Assembly: GCF_004010195.1 (NCBI RefSeq)
Contig: NC_057711.1
Coordinates: 75,449,764-75,513,763, forward strand
Origin: Chiloscyllium plagiosum
Lineage: Eukaryota
DNA: 64,000 nucleotides
Direction: 5' to 3'
The notes under the pieces are model-generated. The model was not told where the DNA came from. It did not search any database and saw only the letters and a program-made list of their open reading frames with translations. Made by a program: the position numbers and the translations under genes. Shown here piece by piece: positions 26,741-39,985 of the stretch (positions are counted from its first letter, which is position 1; every line of letters starts with the position of its first letter).

Positions 26741-29178
26741 GGTCATAGAGAAGTACAGTACAGAAATAAATCCTTCGATCCAACTCGTCCCTGACAACCA
26801 GATATCCAAACCTAATCTAGTCCCATTTACCAGCACTTGGCCCATATCCCTCTAAACCCTTTCTATTCACCCATCAAGATGCTTTTTAAATGCTGTCATT
26901 GTACTCGCCTCCACCACTTCCTTCGGCAGCTCATTCCACACACACACCACCCTCTGCATTGAAAAAGTTGTCCTTTAGGACCCTTTTATATCTTTCTACT
27001 CTCACCCTAAACCCATGCCTTCTAGTTCTGGATTCCCCCATCCCAGGGAAAAGACTTTATCTATTTATCCTATCCATGCTCCTTATGATTTTATAAACCT
27101 CTATGTGGTCACCCCTCAGCCTCCCATGCTCTGGGGAAAACAGCTCCAGCCTGTTCAGCCTCTCCCTATAGCTCAAATCCTCCAACCCTGGCAACATCCT
27201 TGTAAATCTTTTCTGAACCCTTTCAAGTTTCACGACATTCTTCCCATAGGAAGGAGACCAGAATTGTACACAATATTCCAAAAGTGACCTAACCAATGTC
27301 CTGTACAGCTGCAACATGATCTCCCAACTCCTATACTCCATACTCTGACCAATAAAGGAAAGCATATCAAACGCATTCTTCACTATCCTATCTACCTGCG
27401 ACTCCACTTTCAAGGAACTATGAACCTGCACTCCAAGGTCTCTTTGTTCAGCACCATCTTACCATTTTATTTGCTTTCCCAAAATGCAGCACCTTGCATT
27501 TATCTAAATTAAACTCTGTCTGCCATTCCTCAGCCCATTGGCCCATCTGATCAAGATCTCATTGTTCTCTGAGATAACCTTCTTTGCTGTCCACTAGACC
27601 TCCAATTTTGGTGTCATCTGCAAATTTACTAACTGTACCTCCTATGTTCACATTCAAATTATTTATATAAATGTTATATAATAATATGAAAAGTAGTGGA
27701 CCCAGCACCGATCCTTGTGGCACTCCTGTGGTCTCAGGCCTCTAGTCTGAAAAGCAAGCTTCCACCACCGCCCTCTGTTTTCTATCTTCAAGCCAGTTCT
27801 GCATCCAAATCACTAGTCCTCCCTGAGACCTAACCTTGCTAACCAGTCTCCTTGGGGAACCTTGTCGAACACCTTACTGAAGTCCATATAGATCACATCC
27901 ACCGCTCTGCCCTCATCAATCCATTTTTGTTACTTCTACAAAACCTCCCATGCACAAAGCCACATTGACTATTCCTAATCAATCCTTGCCTTTCCAAATA
28001 CATATAAATCCTGTCCCTCAGGATTCACTCCAACAACTTGTCCATCACAGATGTCAGGCTCACCAGTCTATAGTTCTCTGGCTTTTCCTTACCACTTTTC
28101 TTAAATAGTGGTACCACATTAGCCAACTTTAGTCTTCTGGCACCTCACCTGTGACTATCAATGATACAAGTATCTCAACAAGCCCAGCAATCACTTCCCT
28201 AGCTTCCCATAGTGTTCTAGGGTACACCTGATCAGGTCCAGGGGGCTTTAACTACTACTTGCATTTCAAGACATCCAACACCAACACCTCTGTGATATGG
28301 ACATTTTTCAAGATGTTACCATCTATTTCCCTGCGTTTTATATCTTTCATGTCCTTCTCCACAGTAAATACTGATGCAAAATACTAATTTCATATTTTTC
28401 CCCCATCTCCTGTGGCTCAACACATCAGCTGCCTTTGAGGTGCCCTGTTCTCTCCCTAGTTGCCCTTTTGTCCTTAAATGTTTTTATAAAAATCCCTTTG
28501 GATTCTCCTTAACCCTCTTTGTCAAAGCTATCTCCCGTTCTCTTTTTGCCCATCTGATTTCCCTCTTAAATATTTCTTCTATTGCCTTTATATTCTTCTA
28601 AAGATTCACTCATTCTCTGATGTCTATAGCTGATATATGCTTCCTTTTTCTTCTTAATCACAACCTCAATTTCTCTAGTCATCCAGCATTCCCTACGCCT
28701 ACCAGCCTTTCCTTTCACCCTAACAGGAATATACTGTCTCTGGACTCTTGTATGCTCATTTTTGAAGGCTTCCCATTTTCCAATCGTCCCTTTACCTATG
28801 AACATCTGCCCCCAGCCAGCTTTTGAATGTTCTTTCCTAATACGGTCAAAATTAGCCTTCCTGCAATTTAGAAATTCAACTTTTAGATCTGGTCTATCCT
28901 TTGCCAAAACTATTTTAAAACTGATAGAATTATGGTCGCTAGCCCCAAAGCGCTCCCCAACTAACACCTCAGTCACCTGCTCTGTTTTGTTTCCCAAGAG
29001 TAGGTCAAGTTTTGCACCTTCTCTAATAGGAACACCCACATACTAAATCAGAAAAAATTCTTTTCAACACTTAATAAATTCATCTCCATCTAAACCCTTA
29101 ACACTATGGCAGTCTCAGCCTATGTTTGGAAAGTTAAAATCCCTGTCCATAACCATCCTATTATTCTTACAGATAACT
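26741..29178 (-). mobile_element. CR1 LINE (endonuclease C-terminus to 3' UTR, internally deleted)
   Basis: REGAKLDLLLGN...FGASDHNSISF (ORF 28566..29039), LYRTLVRSLLEYCVQFWSP (ORF 27057..27431). Confidence 0.92.
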
Positions 29179-29879
29179 TGGTTTATGCTATGCCACTAAT
29201 CATTGGCTAAGACAGTACAAAGACAAAGGAGGATTAGTGGCAGAAAGCTACCTTAAACAAGCCTTACCTAGCACTGCACTACTTGTTGAGTTAGCAAATA
29301 CCGCAACATGTGATAAGGGAAGGTATTCTCGATTCCAGGTGCTAGGAGGGTCATCTGGGAAAATACCACAAGGGTGCAATGATGCAGATCTGATGCCCAC
29401 TATTCAGGGAAGAGGTCTAAAAGGCCCAGAAGAAAAATAAGGTAAAAATTGCAAACAAGTGAGTTTACCACTTTGAGCATATCAGTGCTTTCGGAAGAGA
29501 CAGACAGTCAGTCAGCAAATGAAATGTAAAGCATGAAAAGGAAGATGAAGGGACCTGGAATACCAAATGCCAAGTTGCCATGAAAAATTAATTTGAGTTA
29601 TTTACCGGTAACCATAAATTTTAATTCTCTTCACAGTCGCACATTTAATCTTCCCTTTATCGTTAGCATCACAGTGTTTGCATGGCCATAGTACAAGAAT
29701 AAGAACATCTACCACACAAATGTTCCAACCCATAAATGTATTATAAGTGAAATGATTCCATATTGCATACAAATATAAACTGATCATTGCAATACATTCC
29801 CTTAGGGGCTGTATTCCATGAGGTTTGGTTTGCTCTGACATTGGTGGTCACAACCAGCTTTGTGAAAGGCAGCTGACAA

Positions 29880-30760
29880 TGGTGGATAAGCCTGTAAATA
29901 GTCGTGAAGGTTGGCCTAGAGTATGTGCAAACCCAGAGAGTCTAGTTGAAGAGTGCACCATCTCCGCTTGGGTGCCAGGGCTGGAGGACAAATGCTGTCA
30001 TGCTGAGACAGTACAGTACGTTTGAGTATCAAGGTACTGCTACTTTACTAGAATGGGGTCTCAAAAATTCCTTTGTTGAAGGGCAGGTCACAAGACTGTT
30101 GTAAAGCCCTTTGAGCAGCTAATGCACAGTCATAAAAGTAGAAGTCTGAGTTTACATGGCAGTAGGTTGGCCTTGCGTGACAGCAGTCCGATTTGCATGT
30201 GGAAATTGTCTTTTCACCATCAGGTACTGCATTTTAATCAGATTTACAAATGTGAAAACAGAGTTGGCCACCATTTTCCTTTTGGTATTGATGGACTCCA
30301 AGCCCCACATATAGCCCAATGCCAAGTTAATGCTGAACGATTTCATGCTCCTTGATATCAAACATAAATTAGCTGGTAACCCACTCATGCCTGATGTGTC
30401 CTACCACATGCAGATCTCACCTCTAATCAAACCTCTGAGATCTGCACAACATCAGTAACTAACCTGGCAGCTGCAAATGAATCTCAAACTATTTCAACGT
30501 GGTGTCTTCATCTTCACTTTCTCCTTTGTGATCCTGCATTGCCTGGCCAGGTTTGACATCTCATTGTAAGGTCATTGAATTCCTTATGGTACTGCAGTAC
30601 CACTGTTCAGATTGGATTACTGCCATTGACCACCTCTGATATCTACTCACACTTTATTTTGAATCTCTGTGTGTGTAGACCCTCCAAACCCCCTGTATTT
30701 AACAAATCCCTCTCCTCGTTTTCATTTCTTCCATCCAAGGTTCTAGTGCACATCTGAAAA
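29880..30760 (-). mobile_element. Degenerate Tx1/L1-clade LINE 3' region
   Basis: Minus strand near 30120-30330 resembles the decayed C-terminal ECCRLAHSKVQDY-type region of fish Tx1-like ORF2. Weak. Confidence 0.35.
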
Positions 30761-31551
30761 CAGTAGAATTCACCCTTTTGCATCTTGTGTAATTACTCAG
30801 TTACTATCCCAGTTTCATTCTCTTTATGACTCTCAGCATATTCTGCAAAACAGTTGACTTCTCCGTTCAGATGTAAAGGCCAGCATTAGGCATTTTTGAG
30901 TCCCTTGCAAATGCATGTAGTCAACACACATTTTAATGCTGCACCTATTGAATGAGCAGGTTGCATGAAGATAGCACATTGCCTGCATCTCGACCTTCAG
31001 GTGTGTGTTAACCATGCATTACCATCACAATGCTATCCCCAGAGAGATTAGAAGATGTGATGGGGTTAGTTTGCATTGTTTGGAATGGTCAGGTAATAAT
31101 GTTTTTAAACAGAAGCCTGACAATTTTAAAATTGGGACCAAAATACATCAACAAAGATAGGGCGGATGCAGCAAATCCTGCTCAGCACAATAGGGAATTA
31201 AAAGGATGGTTTTAGGTAACACAACATTTCTGGAGGGTGAAGAATAGGAAGTCAGCAAGAAGGCCCCTGTAAAAATAAATTATGAACTCTAATTGGTAAA
31301 TGATTCACATCAAAAATGCTGAAGTATGGGTAATATTACAGAAGTAAAATTCAGATTGTTTTGTGATAGAGATTATGGGATTTGAATAGGATGCTCAGAT
31401 TATGAATAGTCTGGTTCAGTTTCAAGAGATTAGCAATGCTTCAAGCCAGACAGTGAAGGATAGAATTCAATCTTAATCATTAATACTTCCACATTTTTAT
31501 TTCCATAAAATTGCCAGCTTGCACTTCCAAACCTAACAACTACAGTTTCAG

Positions 31552-31766
31552 AAATTGCTGGAAAAGCTCAGTAGGTCTGGTAGCATCTGTGGAGAGTATT
31601 CAGAGTTAACGTTTCTGGTCGAGTCACCCTTCCTGAATTGAGGAAGGGTCACTCAACCCGAAAACGTTAATTGATTTCTCTCCACAGATGCTGCCAGACC
31701 TACTGAGCTTTTCCGATACTTTGTTTTTGTTTCTGATTTACAGCATCTGCAGTTCTTTTGGGTTTT
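31552..31766. mobile_element. Palindromic PLE-derived mini-element (second subfamily)
   Basis: Arms gctggaaaagctcagtaggtctgg...ccagacctactgagcttttcc. Core variant TGAGGA-AGGGTC-ACTC-AACCC-GAAAA-CGTT. Degenerate 14-bp TSD (31538-31551 vs 31767-31780, 11/14 match). Confidence 0.75.
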
Positions 31767-31962
31767 AACTATAATTTTAGCATGGTCCTTTATGTAAGAA
31801 CACAAATGAATCCCTATTTCATGTCCAGCATCTGAACATAATAAACAGCACTTATACAATTTTCAAGGAGGGACTCTCATTGTGTAGTGGTAGTCTAATT
31901 GATACCACACTAAAAATTCCCTGATTCAAATCCCACCTGTTCCAGAGGTATGCAATAATATC

Positions 31963-33750
31963 CATAAGACCATAAGACATAGGAGCGGAAGTAAGGCCAT
32001 TCGGCCCATCGAGTCCACTCCAACATTTAATCATGGCTGATGGGCATTTCAACTCCACTTACCCGCATTCTCCCCGTAGCCCTTAATTCCTTGTGACATC
32101 AAGAATTTATCAATTTCTGCCTTGAAGACATTTAGCGTCCCAGCCTCCACTGCACTCTGTGGCAATGAATTCCACAGGCCCACCACTCTCTGGCTGAAGA
32201 AATATCTCCGCGTTTCTGTTCTGAATTTATCCCCTCTAATTCTAAGGCTGTATCCACAGGTCCTAGTCTCCTCGCCTAACGGAAACAATTTCCGAGCATC
32301 CACCCTCTCCAAGCCATGTATTATCTTGTAAGTTTCTATTAGATCTCCCCTTAATCTTCTGAACTCCAATGGATACAATCCCAGGATCCTCAGCCGTTCC
32401 TCATATGTTAGACCTACCATTCCAGGGATCATCCGTGTGAATCTCTGCTGGACACGCTCCAGTGCCAGTATGTCCTTCCTGAGGTGTGGGGACCAAAACT
32501 GGACACAGTACTCCAAATGGGGCCTAACCAGAGCTTTATAAAGTCTCAGTAGCACAACAGTGCTTTTATATTCCAACCCTCTTGAGATAATTGACAATAC
32601 TGCATTTGCTTTCTTAATCACGGACTCAACCTGCATGTTTACCTTTAGAGAATCCTCAACTAGCACTCCCGATCTCTCTGTACTTTGGCATTACGAATAT
32701 TCTCACAGTTTAGAAAGTAATCCATGCTTCTATTCTTTTTCCCAAAGTGCAAGACCTCGCATTTGCTCACATTGAATTCCATCAGCCATTTCCTGGACCA
32801 CTCCTCCAAACTGTCTAGATCCTTCTGCAGCCTCCCCACTTCCTCAGTACTACCTGCCTGTCCACCTAACTTTGTATCATCGGCAAACTTCGCTAGAATG
32901 CCCCCAGTCCCTTCATCCAGATCATTAATATATAATGTGAACAGCTGCGGCCCCAACACTGAACCCTGCGGGACACCGCTCGTCACCAGCTGCCATTCCA
33001 AAAAAGAACCTTTTATCACAACTCTCTGCCTTCTGTCAGACAGCCAATCCTCAATCCATACCAGTAGCTCACCTCGAACACCATGGGCCCTCACCTTACT
33101 CAGCAGCCCCCCGTGTGGCACCTTATCAAAGGCCTTTTGGAACCCATCAGGGCCAGGAGATTTATCAATTTTAAGACCTTTTAGCTTTTCTCACACTTTC
33201 TCTTTTGTAATGGCAACCATACTCAACTCAGCCCCCTGACTCCCTTTAATTGTTGGGATATTACTCATGTCTTCCACTGTGAAGACTGACGCAAAGTACT
33301 TATTAAGTTCTCCTGCTATTTCCTTATCTCCCATCACTAGGCTTCCAGCATCAGTTTGAAGTGGCCCAATGTCTACTCTTGCCTGTCGTTTGTTTCTTAT
33401 GTATTGAAAGAAACTTTTACTATCATTTCTAATATTACTAGCTAGCCTACCTTCATATTTGATCCTCTCCTTCCTTATTTCTCTCTTTGTTATCCTCTGT
33501 TTGTTTTTGTAGACTTCCCAATCACAAACTCCTGCCATTTTTGTTCTACTGTCTTCCCTGCTAGGCTCTGCTTCCAGTCTATTTTTGTCAGTTCCTCTCT
33601 CATGCCCTCATAATTACCTTTACTTAACTGTAACGCCATTACATCCGATTTTGCCTTCTCTCTTTCAAACTGCAGACTGAACTCTACCATATTATGATCG
33701 CTGCTTCCTAAGTGTTCCCTTACTTTAAGATTTTTTTGTAAAGTCTGGTT
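31963..33750 (-). mobile_element. CR1 LINE, relatively young, internally deleted, inserted into a tRNA-derived SINE
   Basis: [34 protein letters not shown]...KFADDTK; YKALVRPHLEYCVQFWSP; cataagac-type tail. Host SINE halves at about 31875-31962 and 33751-33780. Confidence 0.93.
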
Positions 33751-34079
33751 CATATCTCTCAACAGGTTGATTAGAAAATAGCTGCAATTTACAAAGTGGG
33801 CTTGGTCATACAGTAGTTGTGTCTCAACCCCTGAGCCAGGAGATTGGGTTCAAGTCCCACCTCAGGATTTGATAAGTGTGGAAGTGTCATGACAGGCTTG
33901 AATAGGTTCATTTTAAAATTAATACAACTTACAAGGGAGGGGGTTGGAGTCATTACAAGAGTGCAGAGCTTGAGATCTGAAGGCAATCATATGTGCTTCT
34001 TGTGCTTTGCTGGAGCACACTGCGAATTATCTAAGATTAGGTAGTGGACAAGCAGTCTGACAACAAAGCAATGAATGAG

Positions 34080-34720
34080 TCTAGAGAGGTAGAACCTATG
34101 TGAAACTCAGTGTAAAATCATGTCTGCTAATGTAATTTTTCATTAAGATCAAAGACGTGACAAAGCATATATCCCTCGGACATTCTGATAGTAACAGGAT
34201 GGTGGCAGGATGAGAGCTCATTACGAGAGATGCTTTGACAATGATTGGATAAGTAAGAGCAAAATCAAACATGGACTGCCTCACTGAGCCGAACAATAGA
34301 GGCAATTGGTGCTGTTGATCATATCAAAAGCTGCAAGGAGGTTGAAGTGGAAAGTCACTGTTACAAACTTGGTTATTTATGACCAGGATAGATGAGCATG
34401 AATTTGGGGAGCGCAACACATTCTATGGAGAGAAGGTGGATATTCAAGCTGTCAGAATAGTCTTCAAGCCTTGGGTGGCATAGATGAATGTTTGATGAAG
34501 TTTGAAAGTGCTACAGTTGAGATCTGAGTTTGTTATATTTTGAGACTGTAGCCTAAGTTTAGGGAAAATGAAGAAGATAAATTACCTGTTCTGAAGCCTA
34601 CCTGATAGTAAGCTTGGGGCATTTCATTGTGAGAAGTCAAGGAGGACTGACATTGCTTTACTGAGAAGAAGGTACAAGGTATTTATACTAATAGACAATG
34701 CAATGTCTGAGTCTACAATG
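34080..34720 (-). mobile_element. Old L2 RT fragment
   Basis: Minus strand near 34310-34355 resembles a decayed LLDLSAAFDTVDH motif. Confidence 0.4.
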
Positions 34721-35463
34721 AGTACATTTTGAAGGTGTTAGGTTGTAAACAGTTGTGCTGTGAACAATCCATTATTTCTAAGATGAAAGGGAATGGAGGT
34801 CAGTGGAATATATGGGGATGAGTGCATATTCTTGACTTTTATTGATTTTAATTTGAGGTACACACCATAGATGTTCATATAAATTGACTGATGAAGCCTC
34901 CAAAAATCCTTCCAAAATAGGTGTCAACTTGTATGCATTGCTGAAGTACATTTCCAAAAGTTGAACTATGGATGTCAGACTCTCCAGTATAACTCAATGT
35001 GGATGTTATTTCTAACAGCCATTACTTGATCTAATTGTTTATATGGAAATTGAACATATCACACACTAATAAATTGCATTTTTATATAGGCCACAGACAC
35101 ACCAATTTCACAGACATTATCAATCATTAAGTTCAGTACATCCACATTGATCCAACTGTTTTGTGCAGTGTATTTAGTCTAGCATGGTTGAAAATTATGG
35201 GAGACTTTAATTTAATTCCATCAGAAGTGCAAGCTAGTAGCACCTTGAATTTTGTTATCTCATGTCCTGTTATTTTCATTAGAATTTTTCTTGAACCCTT
35301 CCACTCCATACTTTGGCTGCAGGGCATAACAAAAGTTACTAGCACTTCATTCATGTTGGCTTAATGGGTAATTGTGTTTTTACCACTATCTGATGGTGAA
35401 TTACTGGTAGCTAGTCATTTTAATTTCATGTTCTTTGATAGTCTTTGAGCAGTTTTGGTCTTC

Positions 35464-36120
35464 AAAGTTTGTGAGAAGATTTGTAGCTCGGGTGCTCGTT
35501 GTGGTGGTCCTGTTCGCCGAGCTGGGAATTTGTGTTGCAGACGTTTCGTCCCCTGTCTAGGTGACATCCTCAGTGCTTGGGAGCCTCCTGTGAAGCACTT
35601 CTGTGATCTTTCCTCCGGCATTTGTAGTGGTTTGAATCTGCCGCTTCCTGTTGTCAGTTCCAGCTGTCCGTTGCAGTGGCTGGTATATTGGGTCCAGGTC
35701 GATGTGCTTATTGATTCAATCAATAACAGCCTCTAGGAATTCCCTGGCTGTTCTCTGTTTGGCTTGTCCTATAATAGTAGTGTTGTCCCAGTCGAACTCA
35801 TGCTTGTCATCTGCGTGTCGACACAACCAGCTATCCTTAGTAGCCACACACGCAGATGACAAGCAACATGAGTTTTCTAGAGGCCTGGCACTCATCCACA
35901 GATTCAATCAATAAGCACATCGACCTGGACCCAATATACCGACCACTGCAACGGACAGCTGGAACTGACAACCGGAAGCGGCAAATTCAAACCACTACAA
36001 ATGCCGGAGGAAAGATCACAGAAGCGCTTCACAGGAGGCTCCCAAGCACTCAGGATGTCACCTAGACAGGGGACGAAACATCTGCAACACTAATTCCCAG
36101 CTCGGCGAACAGAACCACAA
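35464..36120. mobile_element. Penelope-like element fragment: inverted 3' ends with GIY-YIG endonuclease C-terminus
   Basis: SLVATHADDKQHEF / HEFDWDNTTIIGQAKQRTAREFLEA / FLEAWHSSTDSINKHIDLDPIY. Inverted arms of about 220 bp. 14-bp TSD CAGT(T/C)TTGGTCTTC at 35450-35463 / 36121-36134. Confidence 0.88.
35537..35576 (-). ncRNA. Minimal type I hammerhead ribozyme motif (PLE-associated)
   Basis: Minus strand GCA-CUGAGGA-U-GUCACCU-AGAC-AGGGGAC-GAAA-CGUC-UGC. Stem I GCA/UGC, stem II 6 of 7 pairs, palindromic ACGU stem III, predicted cut after GUC (between 35540 and 35539). Confidence 0.75.
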
Positions 36121-36950
36121 CAGTCTTGGTCTTCTACTTTACACTAAATTGTTCCACTCCTTGAATCAACTTCACAAATTGGCTAATAGTCTAAAATCTT
36201 AGTTAGATTCTGTTTACTTTGACCTATTTTGTGGGATAATGTAACTACCCTGACAATTTTCCAGAGCTCTTATATATATGCACATGATGCACACTTCTCA
36301 CTATGAGACCAGTGGCTGGCCTGTCTTCTGACTGTGCATTTTTCTTTGGCACCTTCTTCAGAGCAAATTCTTCCTTCAATTCATGCACCGGTTTATCACT
36401 AACGCCAAATTCACTCACCACAACAGTTATTTGATCAGTTACCAATTATTACGTTTGTCTTGAAAGCAGTTTCATACTCATTCAAATCGATGGAAGACCT
36501 ATTTTGCTTTGTCACTCACTATGGCATATGCTATCTGCTGTGCGTGAGTTTACTTGAAGTCTTATACATCCTCTTTATAGCACAGCTGACATATCGCCTG
36601 CTTGATCTCATGTGTCTCACAGCATAAGGTAAGTCAAACATGCTTTTGTGAAGTGAAGAATTTAGAACAACTACAGACATGGGTATTACATTAGGTAGCA
36701 GAAAACTGAGGTTGACTGATTTGCCAAGTAAATGCAAAAGCATAATTGTTTTAGTGTTTGAAAATATGGAGTAATCTTATTCACCAGGCTGACTTTTATG
36801 TCATTATCTCCGGTATGTAATACTCCTATGAAGGCTTCAAAAAATGGGAATATTCAGCATTTGAATATTACTGTGGAGTAAGTTTCTCAGGGTGGTGTTC
36901 AGGTGATGGGTGAACAGAATATTCCAGCCAGTCACCTGATACCTCGATAT

Positions 36951-37250
36951 GGGGACGGCACAGTGGCACAGTGGTTAGCACTGCTGCCTCACAGCACCAG
37001 AGACCTGGGTTCAATTCCTGCCTCGGTCAACTGTTTGCACATTCTCCCTGGGTTTCCTCCAGGTGCTCCAGTTTCCTCCCACAGTCCATAGATGTGCAGG
37101 TTAGGTGAATTTGCCATGCTAAATTGCCCGTAGTGTTAGGTGAAGGGGTAAATGTAGGGGAATGGGTCTGGGTGGGTTGCTCTTCGGAGGGTCGATGTGA
37201 ACTTGTTGGGCCGAAGGGCCTGTTTCCACACTGTAGGGAATCTAATCTAA
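36951..37250 (+). mobile_element. HE1/V-SINE
   Basis: ggcacagtggttagcactgctgcctcacagc head, V-domain, aatctaatct tail. Confidence 0.9.
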
Positions 37251-37415
37251 GTCATAAAGATGTCAGCTGGAATCTGTTGCATGAGACCAGGTCTATTGGA
37301 AGGTTTATTTTGTTGGAAGTCTGATCTCAGACTTAGGATGTAGTGGGGCTAGAAAGAGGAAACCATTGTTGAAATAATTCATGATGTTTTAATACAATCT
37401 GGAAGACCAGATTGT

Positions 37416-37735
37416 GGGCGGCACGGTGGCACAGTGGTTAGCACTGCTGCCTCACAGCGCCAGAGACCCGGGTTCAATTCCCGACTCAGGCGACTGACTG
37501 TGTGGAGTTTGCACATTCTCCCCGTGTCTGCATGGGTTTCCTCCGGGTGCTCCGGTTTCCTCCCACAGTCACAAAGATGTGCGGGTCAGGTGAATTGGCA
37601 ATGCTAAATTGCCCGTAGTGTTAGGTTAAAGGGGTAAATGTAGGGGTATGGGTGGGTTGCGCTTCGGCGGGTCGGTGTGGACTTGTTGGGCCGAAGGGCC
37701 TGTTTCCACACTGTAAGTAATCTAATCTAATCTAA
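37416..37735 (+). mobile_element. HE1/V-SINE, young full-length copy
   Basis: A-box/B-box head (tggcacagtgg, ggttcaattcc), V-domain gggtttcctccgggtgctccggtttcctcccacagtc, (taatc)n tail, CpGs retained. Confidence 0.93.
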
Positions 37736-38264
37736 AAAAAACCCATTCCTGTTCTTTCTGGCTTGCCACACACAAATAAATAAATAAAACTTACCTTTTG
37801 GATTCCTCTTTGAAACTGAAACTTCAAAATTCTAGAACTCTGAAATTCTAATCTGAAAATGGTAGTTGATGGTCCTGTGTATATTAATAGGATCCTTAAG
37901 TGTACATTAAAACAATATTCATGGAAGTGCTCTTTATTCACAGAGACAGAAACTCCCATCTTTAGCTCCTCTTTCGATAGGTATGGGACAGAAACTCACC
38001 ACATCTTAAATTCACTGCTCTGTTTCCATTGGCAGCAGGTTTCAAAATCTCACCCTAACGTGAAATACAAGCTGATTTTCTATAAACTTGTTAAAATGAA
38101 TTTCTACTTGTTAAAGCATTTACTTTATCTCAAAAATATCAATGCAAAGACAGGTTTATATGATTGCTTTAATAAATCATTCATGCAGCAAACTTGGAAG
38201 TACATCTCGAAAATGAATATAACATTTAAAAAATATATATAACCTATGACTCTTATTATTTTAG

Positions 38265-38426
<162 letters not shown>

Positions 38427-38712
38427 TAAGATTTTGAGGATTACTCTCGTGGAGTTAGAATACAGTAGGAGGAAGTTGGTGTGTGGACAGACCATTTAGG
38501 CTAATTCTTTGCTGTAATATTTAAGTAATTCAATGTGACGCTATGCTAAGACAAATATCCCGTTCCTTTTGGCCAGAAGTCAGTGATTTTAGTATTTTAG
38601 ATGACATCGTTATGAGATTATGATGGTTGGAAATAGTAAACATTCTTTCAACTCCGAGTTTCTTGACAATAAACCCTCTTTTTGTTGTTGTTGTTGTTTG
38701 CTCCCTTCACAG

Positions 38713-39129
38713 CTGTAAAGTTTGGGAGAATGTCCAAGAAGCAGCGGGACAGTCTATATGCCGAAGTCCAAAAGCACCAACAGAGACTACAAGAGCAACG
38801 GCAGCAGCAGAGCGGTGAGGCAGAAGCCCTCACCCGTGTCTATACAAACAGCATCAGCAATGGCTTGACAGACCTGAACAACGAAATTGGTGGCACTTAT
38901 TCAAATGGACATGTCATTGATCTTCCAAAAGTACAATCTGAGGGAGCTAATGGATATTACAGTGTAGATTCTGCTCAACCATCACCAGATCAGTCTGGGA
39001 TAGACATGGCTGGAATCAAGCAAATAAAACAAGAGCCTATTTATGACCTCACCCCTGTTCCAAACTTGTTTACGTATAGCTCTTTTACAAATGGTCAGCT
39101 GGCTCCTGGAGTAACAATGACTGAAATAG
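38713..39129 (+). CDS. RORB: RORB exon, C-terminal extension and hinge (417 nt)
   Basis: ctcccttcacag acceptor, GTAGGT donor at 39130. Translates [44 protein letters not shown]...[35 protein letters not shown] (inside ORF 38682..39152), matching the RORB hinge. Confidence 0.98.
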
Positions 39130-39654
39130 GTAGGTCTGGTAAGAAAAAGTAATCCTTTTCTTTTTGAACATATTAATTGTTGCCAATACAATCTAATCTG
39201 CGGTATTTATTTACACCTTCTGCGTGACAATGACCATGTTACATTAGAAATCATTTGGCGAATGTTGATCTGAGACTTAGTATTCATTTCATTGAGTGAA
39301 TGATTTGAGAAAGGTGCATCTAAAGTTGAAGCTTTTGGTTCGCTGTCTCAAAACTGCTGATACTGGAGTCTGTACCTGACATGGTTTAGAATTGACAGGT
39401 GACTGCACTGTCGTAAAGTTTGCAAAATTCTAAGTAGCAAAAAAAACAAGGCTACTTTTGTGCTTTAGTAATGAATGAGCACCTGGGTGGACATCAAAAA
39501 AACAACCTGAACAAGAAGTTATATTCCTGAAAAATGAAGCATGTTGACAGAAAATTTGGTATTTTCTGTCACCTTCCTAATTTAATTTTCACCTATGTGC
39601 CTGACTCAGTACTTTTAATTTAGTGCAAAAAAGGAAAAAATGTCCATCAGTCCA

Positions 39655-39985
39655 GTTCCAGTGTTTATGATGTGTCATTGGACTAGCAATCCAAAACACC
39701 AGGCTAATGTTCTAGGAATTAGGATTCAAAGCACACCATGGCATATAGTAATCTTTTGAATCCATTAAAATGGCACCTACATAACCACTGTCAATTGTCA
39801 GAAAAAAAGACATCTGGTTCACTAGTGTTCTTAGGGAAGGAAATTGTTATCCTTACCTGGTCCTGCATACATGTGAATCGTGATCCACAATATAATTGGT
39901 TTTCAACTGCCATCTAGGCAATGAAGAATGGGCAATAACTGCTGCCCTTGCCAGTGACACCCACATTTCATGAATTATAAAAAGT
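39655..39985 (+). mobile_element. Deu-domain-type SINE
   Basis: catctggttcactagtgttcttagggaaggaaattgttatccttacctgg...gggcaataactgctg...cccacatttcatgaat. Confidence 0.7.

Larger units (their letters stand above)
34860..36815 (-). mobile_element. Decayed pogo/Tc2-type DNA transposon, interrupted by a Penelope insertion
   Basis: MNEVLVTFVMP...KITGHEITKFKVLLACTSDGIKL..IIF (pogo DDE; compare NMDE.P.TFDMP...TTGHEK..FTVVL), N-terminal EFGVSDK HTH-like segment near 36250-36450, terminal ...cggta at 36811-36815. Boundaries approximate. Confidence 0.7.

Noticed and set aside
37416..37490. tRNA gene
   Set aside because: The A/B boxes belong to the HE1 SINE head, which continues into the V-domain and tail.
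38682..38712. N-terminus [10 protein letters not shown] of ORF 38682..39152 as a real start
   Set aside because: It is the intronic pyrimidine tract with a TTG start; the exon begins after the AG at 38712.
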